Below, piece by piece: positions 18,778 to 27,286 of a stretch of DNA of 64,000 nt (positions are counted from its first letter, which is position 1; the number at the start of each line of letters is the position of its first letter). This DNA comes from Phycisphaera mikurensis (GTDB lineage: Bacteria; Planctomycetota; Phycisphaerae; WQYP01). The stretch lies in assembly GCA_022730455.1 (NCBI GenBank), contig DZDI01000001.1, positions 4,829-68,828 of the forward strand, written 5' to 3'. Under the pieces are notes generated by a model, which saw only the letters and a program-made list of their open reading frames with translations, did not search any database and was not told where the DNA came from. The position numbers and the translations under genes were made by a program.

Positions 18778-20269
18778 ACGCCTTACCGTACAAGGGCTTC
18801 GTCTGCCGCCGCTGATTATCTCAGCGGAAGTTAGCCAATGCCAGTATGTGGCGCGTTGTTGCCCGTTGGCAGCAGCCAGCGGCGTATTACTGGCTATGAA
18901 TCTTGCGGAAGCCGCCGCCCTGTGTCCACAGGCACAAGTGCATCCCTGGCAGCCGGATGTCTACCAATCCGTCATGGCGAAACTGGCTCAATGGGCCGGT
19001 CGATTTTCTCCACGAGTGATGATCGATCCAACCCCGCATGAGGTGGATGGTGGTTTTTTATCCGCCTTGCATGGGTTGTTGATTGATGCATCGGGCACAG
19101 AACACCTGTACGGCGGCTGCCGCGTTTTGCTTGGCCGCATTCAGCAAGCCCTTCGTGAATTAGGGTTTTATTCGCGACTGGCCGCGGCACCTTCCATCGG
19201 CAGTGCATGGGCGTTGGCCCATTACGGTGCCGAGCCAATCGCTTCCATCGATGCGGCCCAACTGTCGCAATCACTGGCCCATTTACCCATTGCAGCGTTG
19301 CGGTTACCTCACGACATAATCCAGAATCTATCAGCCGTCGGTGTGGTGCAGATTCAGCATTTAATTCATATCCCGCGTGTCAGCCTGCTGGAACGTTTCG
19401 GCTCTCATCTGCTGCGACGTATGGATCAATCCCTTGGGCAGGTGTATGAGGATATAGAAGCCTTCACCATTCGTCCCGTGTTATCCGTTACGCAGCCGTT
19501 TGATGGACCGACCACTCAGCTTGAGGCGATTTTTGCTGCCACGGAACAGCTTGTGCATCAGCTTTCCGAACAATTAATTCGGCAGCAGAGGGGGGTGGAT
19601 GAACTGGAGGTGGTGCTTACACGTCCCTACCATGCACCGAACCGAAAGAAATTATCTTTTGGCTGCCACATCCATGATCCGCGTCGGATATGGGCAGTGC
19701 TTCGTCCCTGTCTGGAACGCATGCACCTTGGTGGTGGTGTTGAGGCGGTCACCTTGACCGCGGTGCGAACTGCTCTGGTCGCGCCGCAGCAGACCCAAAT
19801 AAGCCAGATGCATTCTTCATCCGATGACACCGACAATATCCGCGAATTTTTGGATGGGCTTATCAACCACTGGGGTGGGCAGCGCCTACGGATGTCGGCC
19901 CCGGAGGTATCGCATATCCCGGAATGTACCGGTCGCACAAAGCCCATCTCGAACTCTGCCCAATGTGATTTCACCCCGCCTCTGGCACCATGGCCGCCAT
20001 TGGACCGGCCATCCATTTTGCTCGACCAACCCGAGCCAACCCCATGTGTGGCGCTGCAGCCGGATTGCCCGCCGCATCGCCTCAATTGGCGGGGAGGCAA
20101 TTATGCCGTCATAAGCCGCGTTGGGCCCGAGCGTATCGTGACATATCGCACGTTGGCGCATCAGCAAACACGCGATTATTTCAAATTGCAGTTGGAGGAT
20201 GGCCGTTGGTTGTGGGTTTACCATGCCCTTGAGGATAACCGCTGGTTTGTACACGGATTATGGGGCTAA
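18677..20269 (+). CDS. imuB: ImuB, Y-family DNA polymerase-like (catalytically degenerate) protein
   Basis: N-terminus VICVYLPQWEIE.. (the UmuC/DinB palm start, catalytic Asp replaced), about 525 aa, directly followed by dnaE2. Confidence 0.7.
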   Translation: MRWRMERVICVYLPQWEIELVRRQTRTARRKPGKRLTVQGLRLPPLIISAEVSQCQYVARCCPLAAASGVLLAMNLAEAAALCPQAQVHPWQPDVYQSVMAKLAQWAGRFSPRVMIDPTPHEVDGGFLSALHGLLIDASGTEHLYGGCRVLLGRIQQALRELGFYSRLAAAPSIGSAWALAHYGAEPIASIDAAQLSQSLAHLPIAALRLPHDIIQNLSAVGVVQIQHLIHIPRVSLLERFGSHLLRRMDQSLGQVYEDIEAFTIRPVLSVTQPFDGPTTQLEAIFAATEQLVHQLSEQLIRQQRGVDELEVVLTRPYHAPNRKKLSFGCHIHDPRRIWAVLRPCLERMHLGGGVEAVTLTAVRTALVAPQQTQISQMHSSSDDTDNIREFLDGLINHWGGQRLRMSAPEVSHIPECTGRTKPISNSAQCDFTPPLAPWPPLDRPSILLDQPEPTPCVALQPDCPPHRLNWRGGNYAVISRVGPERIVTYRTLAHQQTRDYFKLQLEDGRWLWVYHALEDNRWFVHGLWG

Positions 20270-20275
20270 GCGTGT

Positions 20276-23200
20276 ATGCCGGAATTACCCATGCCGCGGT
20301 GCAAACCGCTTATTGAAACGCTCTCGGCGCGTCCGCCGACCGGTCCTTATGCGGAACTCCAGGTGTTGAGTAATTTTTCATTTTTACGCGGCGCCAGCCA
20401 TCCTGAGGAATTAATCCATCGCGCGGTGGAAGTTGGCCTGCACGCCATTGCGATCGCCGACATCAATACGCTGGCCGGCGTGGTGAGGGCTTACTGTGCA
20501 GCCCGAGAACTTCATATGCCGCTGGTGGTCGGTTCTCATCTGCAAATTCAGGCGTCCTCAGCATCGACCCGGCCGGATGCCCTGCGGACAGACGCTGAGT
20601 TGCCATTGATTTCTGTATTGGTTTACCCCACTTCACTTGCCAGTTACGCTGACTTATGCCAGTTGCTCACACGCGGAAAACGCCGCACTTCCAAAGGTAA
20701 ATGTTTTCTGACTCTCGATGATCTACTGGAATTCAGCAGCCAACTCCTGGCAATAGCCGTTCCTCCACCCATACCCGCCGAAGACTTTGTCAATGTGCTC
20801 CGCCAGCTCCGATCGGCTTTTGACAACGATCGACTTTCACTGGCGATGGCCCGTACCTACGGCCCGTACGACGCCTATCGGGAAGGTGTTATCAGACGGT
20901 GGGCCAATCAGATGCAGATACCCTTGGTGGCCGTTAATGATGTGCATTACCACTTGCCATACCGCCAGGCTCTGCAGGATGTGCTTACCTGCATCCGTCT
21001 GGGTGTGGTTCGTTCGCAGGCCGGGTTGCGTCTGGCCGCCAATGCGGAGCGATATATTAAAAAGCCATCGGAGATGCTCCGGCTTTTCGCCGATATGCCG
21101 CACGCTGTTTATCGCACGCTGGAGATCGCCGACCGGGCAGGGGCATTTTCTCTTGATCAAATAAAATATCAATATCCATCAGAGCTATGCCCTCCGGGCT
21201 GCACCATGATGAATCATTTAATTAGCCTTACCCGCCAAGGTGCGCAGCGGCGTTATCCGACCGGCGTGCCGGAAGATGTCAATCGGCGGTTGGAGCATGA
21301 ATTTGAACTCATTCATGATTTGAAGTACGCCGCCTATTTCCTCACGGTGGACGATATCGTCCGCTTTGCCCGATCACGGGGGATTTTATGCCAGGGAAGA
21401 GGGGCGGCGGCCAATTCCGCTGTGTGTTATTGTCTGGGTATTACCGCTGTGGATCCCGCCCGTATTGATCTGCTGGTGGAGCGTTTCATCAGTCGCCAGC
21501 GCAATGAACCGCCTGATATCGATATTGATTTTGAACACCAGCGGCGACAGGAAGTAATTGACTATTTGTATAAGAAGTATGGTCCAGATCGGGTTGCCCT
21601 GACGGCGGAAGTCATCACCTACCGCCGCCGCAGCGCCCTGCGAGATGTGGGTAAAGCCCTCGGGTTTTCGTTGGATACTGTCGGTCACCTCACCCGTGCC
21701 GCCGACTGGTGGGAAAAAAGAGTGATTGATCCTCAACCATTGCGTGACATCGGCCTCGATCCTGCCGACCCAGCCATGCAGGAACTCACAGCTCTGGCCA
21801 GGGAGATTCAGGGTTTTCCGCGACATCTGTCTCAGCATGTCGGCGGGTTTATCATCACCGCCGGACCATTGCATCATTGTGTTCCAATTGACAATACAGG
21901 CATGCCCGGCCGCACCATTATTGAATGGGACAAAGATGACATCGACGCCATGGGCATGTTGAAAGTGGACATTCTGGCTCTGGGTATGCTCAGCGCCATC
22001 CGTCGCGGAATTGATCTGGTCAACCAGGGATGCATCGCTGCCGGGCAGAAAGGAGATTTGCAACTTCATACCATCCCTGCCGAAGACCCGGCGGTTTACG
22101 ACATGCTGTGCCGGGCCGATTCCATTGGTATATTTCAGGTAGAGAGCCGCGCTCAAATGGCCATGCTGCCTCGCCTCAGGCCCCGCTGTTATTACGATCT
22201 GATCATTGAAGTGGCCATTGTGCGACCGGGGCCGATTGTCGGCGATATGGTGCATCCCTACCTGCGCCGACGCAATGGTGAAGAGCCTGTCGATTACCCC
22301 GACGATACCATTCGCCGGGTGCTGCAGCGCACGTTGGGAGTTCCGCTGTTTCAAGAGCAGGCCATGGCCCTGGTGATGGCCGCCGCGGGATTTACACCCG
22401 ATGAGGCGGATCAATTACGCCGCGCCATGGCCGCCTGGAAACGTCAGAAGCATTTAATAGAAGAATTACAGCAAAAAATTATATCGGGCATGGTTGTCCG
22501 CGGTTACACGCCGCAATATGCTCAGGCAGTATTCAATCAAATTCGCGGCTTTGGCGAATATGGTTTTCCTGAATCGCACGCTGCCAGTTTTGCTCTGCTG
22601 GTATATGTGTCCGCCTGGCTGAAGCATCATCACCCCGCCGCTTTTTGTGCTGCTTTGCTCAACAGTCAACCCATGGGGTTTTATCAGCCCGCCCAACTGC
22701 TACGCGATGCCGCCGCCCACCATGTCAATATACTGCCGGTGGACGTCAATCGCAGTCAATGGGAATCCACTATTGAATATTCGCACGGTTCGCTCCGGTT
22801 GGGTATGTCGATGGTGCATGGTGCATCGCAGATGGAATGTGAAACAATCGTCCAGAGTGTTCGTCGCCATGGCCCATTCCAAACTCTCTCGGCATTGTGG
22901 CGCATGACTCCCGGTATCCGCAGGGCGGCACTGCTGACATTGGCCCGTGCGGATGCCTTTAATTCCATGGGATTGAACCGCCAGACCGCTATCTGGGCTA
23001 TACAGAATATTCGCGATGCCCCCATGCCTTTATTTGCCGATTCTTCGCAACCGTCAGAGCACTGCACCTTGCCACCGTTGGCTCCCGATCAACTCGTTCT
23101 GCAGGATTACGCAGCCACGGGCTTTTCGCTTAAGGCCCATCCAATTTCATTTTTTCGGCCGGCGCTTAACCACCGTCATGTTGTCCCCATGACAGATATA

Positions 23201-23515
23201 CAGGATGAAGGTCGTTTTCCCCATGGCTCCCGTGTCACTGTCGCGGGAGTGGTATTGGTTCGGCAGCGGCCTGCCACCGCCAAGGGTATCACTTTTGTTA
23301 CTATTGAAGATGAAACGGGCGTCGCTAATCTGGTGATCAAACCAATCATCTACAAAAAATACCGCCGTGAACTGCGATTCGCACCGGCTGTTATTATCAA
23401 GGGTAAAATCGAACGTCGCGACGCAGTGGTGCATATCCTCGTTTATGCAGCGTACACTTTATCCCGTTTGGTTCCGCAGGCACAATTCATAAGCCAATCC
23501 CGTGATTTTCATTGA
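20276..23515 (+). CDS. dnaE2: Error-prone DNA polymerase III alpha-like, DnaE2 (ImuC)
   Basis: PHP domain start YAELQVLSNFSFLRGASHPEEL..GLHAIAIADINTLAGVV, Pol III alpha core motifs, 1079 aa, no tau/beta-binding C-terminal extension; genomic linkage with imuA/imuB. Confidence 0.85.
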   Translation: MPELPMPRCKPLIETLSARPPTGPYAELQVLSNFSFLRGASHPEELIHRAVEVGLHAIAIADINTLAGVVRAYCAARELHMPLVVGSHLQIQASSASTRPDALRTDAELPLISVLVYPTSLASYADLCQLLTRGKRRTSKGKCFLTLDDLLEFSSQLLAIAVPPPIPAEDFVNVLRQLRSAFDNDRLSLAMARTYGPYDAYREGVIRRWANQMQIPLVAVNDVHYHLPYRQALQDVLTCIRLGVVRSQAGLRLAANAERYIKKPSEMLRLFADMPHAVYRTLEIADRAGAFSLDQIKYQYPSELCPPGCTMMNHLISLTRQGAQRRYPTGVPEDVNRRLEHEFELIHDLKYAAYFLTVDDIVRFARSRGILCQGRGAAANSAVCYCLGITAVDPARIDLLVERFISRQRNEPPDIDIDFEHQRRQEVIDYLYKKYGPDRVALTAEVITYRRRSALRDVGKALGFSLDTVGHLTRAADWWEKRVIDPQPLRDIGLDPADPAMQELTALAREIQGFPRHLSQHVGGFIITAGPLHHCVPIDNTGMPGRTIIEWDKDDIDAMGMLKVDILALGMLSAIRRGIDLVNQGCIAAGQKGDLQLHTIPAEDPAVYDMLCRADSIGIFQVESRAQMAMLPRLRPRCYYDLIIEVAIVRPGPIVGDMVHPYLRRRNGEEPVDYPDDTIRRVLQRTLGVPLFQEQAMALVMAAAGFTPDEADQLRRAMAAWKRQKHLIEELQQKIISGMVVRGYTPQYAQAVFNQIRGFGEYGFPESHAASFALLVYVSAWLKHHHPAAFCAALLNSQPMGFYQPAQLLRDAAAHHVNILPVDVNRSQWESTIEYSHGSLRLGMSMVHGASQMECETIVQSVRRHGPFQTLSALWRMTPGIRRAALLTLARADAFNSMGLNRQTAIWAIQNIRDAPMPLFADSSQPSEHCTLPPLAPDQLVLQDYAATGFSLKAHPISFFRPALNHRHVVPMTDIQDEGRFPHGSRVTVAGVVLVRQRPATAKGITFVTIEDETGVANLVIKPIIYKKYRRELRFAPAVIIKGKIERRDAVVHILVYAAYTLSRLVPQAQFISQSRDFH

Positions 23516-23603
23516 AGCGGCAGCCCATGACAAATAAAAAGTTCCGCTCTTTTTGAAATATTCTGCATTTCATGGCAACATTAGGGTGTAGGAAGGTGGA
23601 CTT

Positions 23604-24416
23604 TTGCCCAGGATTGTCCGGATTATTAACGCACGTGGCGAGCCGCAATGGGGCCATCTGCTGGCTAATGGAATGGTTTCCTTGCTTGATGGTTCCATGG
23701 ATGCGGGCTTTACGCCCAACCGGCAGATGAAGGGAAACCCCCGATTTTTGGCACCCGTCCAGCCGCCCGCCATCATTTGCATTGGCCTTAATTATCGCGC
23801 TCACGCCGCGGAAAGCGGCGCCAAAGAGCCGCAGTTCCCGGTCGTGTTCTTCAAGAATCCTGCCGCCGTCGTTGGTCCCGACGAACCCATCCAACTGCCC
23901 ACGCACCTGGCCAGCAGTCAGGTGGATTATGAAGGTGAGTTGGCTTTGGTCATTGGCAAGCGATGTAAAAATGTATCACAGCAAGATGCCCTCCAATATG
24001 TACTCGGCTATACCATCGCTAATGATGTTTCCGCCCGTGATTGGCAAAAGCAATGGGGCGGGTCGCAATGGTGCCGAGCCAAATCATTCGATACCTTTTG
24101 CCCGGTCGGGCCTGCGGTAGTCACCAATGAGATGCGCCAATTTGACCCCATGAATCTTAAAATTTGCACGTTGGTCAACGGGCAAGTTATGCAGGAAAGT
24201 ACCTCGGCAGATATGATTTTCAGCATTCCGAAAATCATCGCGTTCCTATCCGGATCAACAACGCTTTTGCCGGGAACGTTAATCTTGACCGGCACCCCCG
24301 CCGGCGTCGGCATGGGTCGCAATCCGCCGCGATGGCTGCAAGTTGGGGATGTCGTTGAAATTGAAATTGAGGCGCTAGGACGCCTGCGCAATCCGGTGAT
24401 TGCAGAACCTCCATAA
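23604..24416 (+). CDS. Fumarylacetoacetate hydrolase (FAH) family protein (2-keto-4-pentenoate hydratase/OHED hydratase-like)
   Basis: FAH fold blocks: IICIGLNYRAHAAE, DYEGELALVIGK, ANDVSARDWQ, LPGTLILTGTPAGVG. Confidence 0.75.
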   Translation: MPRIVRIINARGEPQWGHLLANGMVSLLDGSMDAGFTPNRQMKGNPRFLAPVQPPAIICIGLNYRAHAAESGAKEPQFPVVFFKNPAAVVGPDEPIQLPTHLASSQVDYEGELALVIGKRCKNVSQQDALQYVLGYTIANDVSARDWQKQWGGSQWCRAKSFDTFCPVGPAVVTNEMRQFDPMNLKICTLVNGQVMQESTSADMIFSIPKIIAFLSGSTTLLPGTLILTGTPAGVGMGRNPPRWLQVGDVVEIEIEALGRLRNPVIAEPP

Positions 24417-24509
24417 GTGTTCCCCCACGAAGGGTTTTTTTGCCTCGCCCCTGCTATTACTTGGACAGACTCCATAGGGTAGAATGGCAGGCACAAGTGG
24501 TTTTTTCCA

Positions 24510-25679
24510 ATGATAGGAGTGTGGTTTATGTCCCGAAGTCAAACATCCATTAAAGCAATGTTGGCCACTGCTGTGATTACCACCGCATGTGCAATTGCTG
24601 GACCCGGTAGCATGAGTATTGCGAGTGCAAAGACGGCGTCATCTAAAAAGCCATCCATCAAACAGATAGAACAAAATGCTGAAGTGGTCGGCTACAAGTC
24701 GATGGCTGAAATCGCCAAGATACTCAAAGGCGCGTCGATGAGTGACGTCTTAAAGTCAAAAGACCTGCGCGCAAAATTCGGCAGCCAACTGATTCCCATT
24801 CTCGGCTCGGTCGTCAAAACCTTCGATACGTCAGTGGCAGAGCAGCCCTCGCTCATCCCATTTTTCACTGGAGCTCGCAACCATTACCTAGCTATCATGG
24901 CGGTTTTGGGAGATCAGGCGGCGCTGACCCGTCTTGGCGAACTGGCCAAAAGCTCTAACGCTTTTCAAAACCTTCTCGGTCGCATGTACATGCAGGAATT
25001 TCTGTGGCTTACCCATCAGAATGATGCCGCGGTGCAGCAGAAAGTTATTACGGAACTGCAGGCCATTGCCAGAAAACACCCGATGAATGAGGATATTTGT
25101 CAGTTATTAATGACTATCCGGCATATTGGCCCGGCCAATCATCAACTCGCGCACCAGGTCAGAGTAATTATCCTCAAGGACCTCCATAGTCCCTTTGCCC
25201 AGCAGTATCAGCAGCAAGTCGCGATGCAGACGGCGCAGTCCAGCCATCTTAATCACCACGTAGTCTTCAAAGGCACTCTTCTCAATAACGGTAAGCCCTT
25301 CAGCAGCACCTCGCTTAAGGGACGCGTGGTACTGGTTGATACGTGGGCCACCTGGTGTCCACCCTGTCGAGCCAGTATGCCGCATGTGGAGAAACTCTAT
25401 TCCCAGTTGCACAAAAAAGGTCTGGATGTGATCGGTGTATCATTGGATCAGAGTCCCAAAGCGCTTAAAAAGTTTCTGGCAGACCATAAAAAAATGGTTT
25501 GGCCGCAAATGTACGATGTGAACAAGCCTGGTAACATGGCAACGGCCAGAGCCTACGGGATAGCCGCCATTCCCACGCAGTTTATTCTGGATCGAAACGG
25601 TGTGCTGCGCTATGTCGTCGTAGGCTATAATCCCACGCAGATTACGGCCGACATCAAAAAACTATTGGCTGAACAGTAA
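24510..25679 (+). CDS. Secreted TlpA/ResA-like thiol:disulfide oxidoreductase with N-terminal alpha-helical extension
   Basis: Signal peptide; C-terminal thioredoxin fold with VVLVDTWATWCPPCRASMPHV (WCxxC), GLDVIGVSLD, AYGIAAIPTQFILD. Confidence 0.75.
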   Translation: MIGVWFMSRSQTSIKAMLATAVITTACAIAGPGSMSIASAKTASSKKPSIKQIEQNAEVVGYKSMAEIAKILKGASMSDVLKSKDLRAKFGSQLIPILGSVVKTFDTSVAEQPSLIPFFTGARNHYLAIMAVLGDQAALTRLGELAKSSNAFQNLLGRMYMQEFLWLTHQNDAAVQQKVITELQAIARKHPMNEDICQLLMTIRHIGPANHQLAHQVRVIILKDLHSPFAQQYQQQVAMQTAQSSHLNHHVVFKGTLLNNGKPFSSTSLKGRVVLVDTWATWCPPCRASMPHVEKLYSQLHKKGLDVIGVSLDQSPKALKKFLADHKKMVWPQMYDVNKPGNMATARAYGIAAIPTQFILDRNGVLRYVVVGYNPTQITADIKKLLAEQ

Positions 25680-25815
25680 AGTGTTCTGCTGAAATGGGCG
25701 TGGCACGGAACGCCATACCGGCCATATCGGCTGCCGTCCTGAACCGTGGCGTCGATGGCTGCCACTGAGGCAAATAATGGAGGCTTGGGCTGCCACGGGC
25801 GTGTTCCGGAAAGTG

Positions 25816-27252
25816 CTATTCAAGATGAAGCTTCGCACCGGGTGTGATGGTTGGTACACGGGAGTATTTATCGAACACATCCTCGGGATAGATGGCAAAT
25901 GATGCGCCTAATTCAATCATGGCGTCGGGGGTACCGTCTGCTCGACGCGGTATGGCAATGCCCGCTTCATCCAACCATTGGCAATTCCGGCGGGTGATGA
26001 TATCGGCTGCCGATGCAGGAGAATCCACACCCTCCGCATTTTTAATGGGGGCGAATTCGTCCAGCCTATCGGTCTCGTAAATGATGGAATTCTGCGCCAG
26101 TGGCAGTGCATCAAATACAAATGTCTCCATTTTCACGGCATTGGCTTTGGGCGGATTAGCCAATGCGCCGGTGTCCAGATCAATATGGGGCACTTTTTTT
26201 TCCGCCCGGTGGTAGGGCAGGGCAAAGCCATGGGCGTTAAGCTGTTCCACAAATGAACGGCTGATCACATGCAGAGCAATGCTGCCGGCCCTGAATTTCA
26301 ATAGGCCGCCAGGCTCTCGAGCCTCAGCGAGTTCTTCCGGCAGGTCGCTGTATTCAATTACTCTCACCTTCCCGTCGACAAGGCAGAAGTTGCCCAATTT
26401 TTCTTTTCCAAAAGCCTTGGGCAGCATCTTGCTTGACATATCCGCTGCATGCAGATCATGGAGGCCGATGAAAAGCGGATCGACGCATCGGACTATCGGG
26501 TTGTCTACCTGAAAGTAGCTTATTTGTGTAACCCCGCGTCGGCGCATATCCGACAGTGCACCGCTTTTTTGCAGAGCCAGCAACGATCCGCCATGCCCGT
26601 TAGGCGAAAGGGCCATGGAACTTGGGCTTTCAAGTAATACTTTTCCATCAAAGCCAATGGCGGGCAGCATGTCCTGGCTGAAGAACATCAGTTGCGATTC
26701 TGACATCGAAAAATAATGATTCTGCTTGAAAAAATCGACGGTCGCCGCGTGGTTGATTGCACTGGTCATGATGTAAAATGGGATGGTGGTGTGGTGGCGG
26801 GCTTCCATGGCCCGAATGTATTCAACAAAGCATTGGAAGAGCGGCTTTTTCCCGATCGGCGTGGCGGGAAAGGTACCTTTTGGCCCGGGCCATCCCAACC
26901 GCGTGCCCTGACCGCCCGCTACTACAAATGCCGCAATTTTCCCCTCACGCAGCAGCGTGATGCCGCGCCGCCGTGCCCGACTATAGAGATCGTGTGTGGC
27001 AGCGTCCGAAGGTGTATGCGGAAAATAAGGTGCTGGTTCAATCTTGTCCGGCAGGTTGAAAGGTTCAGGTTTGAGTACCACATCCCGAATGAGTTTTGTG
27101 ATTAACTCCCAGTCAACCGCGGCAACCTGTGCATCGAGATGCTGCTGATGGGTACAGGAAAGCGAAGCATAAAAATTGAAAATGTGCGATTGACCTGCGG
27201 CTGCCACCTGGTCCACCAGAACGGGATGTTGGGGGACAGAATCATGCATCAT
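25816..27252 (-). CDS. UDP-sugar pyrophosphorylase, UDPGP family (UAP1/UDP-N-acetylhexosamine pyrophosphorylase-like)
   Basis: Nucleotide-binding loop AFVVAGGQGTRLG, PKG, FQVDN.. blocks of PF01704-type uridylyltransferases; listed ORF to 27432 would overlap thrS, start chosen at MMHDS (27252). Confidence 0.65.
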   Translation of the reverse strand: MMHDSVPQHPVLVDQVAAAGQSHIFNFYASLSCTHQQHLDAQVAAVDWELITKLIRDVVLKPEPFNLPDKIEPAPYFPHTPSDAATHDLYSRARRRGITLLREGKIAAFVVAGGQGTRLGWPGPKGTFPATPIGKKPLFQCFVEYIRAMEARHHTTIPFYIMTSAINHAATVDFFKQNHYFSMSESQLMFFSQDMLPAIGFDGKVLLESPSSMALSPNGHGGSLLALQKSGALSDMRRRGVTQISYFQVDNPIVRCVDPLFIGLHDLHAADMSSKMLPKAFGKEKLGNFCLVDGKVRVIEYSDLPEELAEAREPGGLLKFRAGSIALHVISRSFVEQLNAHGFALPYHRAEKKVPHIDLDTGALANPPKANAVKMETFVFDALPLAQNSIIYETDRLDEFAPIKNAEGVDSPASAADIITRRNCQWLDEAGIAIPRRADGTPDAMIELGASFAIYPEDVFDKYSRVPTITPGAKLHLE

Positions 27253-27286
27253 GAATATGTTTCCAGTCTGATCATAGCTATCGTTG

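Noticed and set aside
21386-22414. 342-aa minus-strand ORF inside dnaE2
   Set aside because: Completely antisense to a well-supported, motif-rich dnaE2 reading frame; His/Gly/Arg-rich low-complexity translation
24417-24440. Possible rho-independent terminator after the FAH gene (CCCCCACGAAGGGTTTTTTT)
   Set aside because: T7 tract is present but the preceding stem is only 3-4 bp (CCC/GGG); too weak to call confidently
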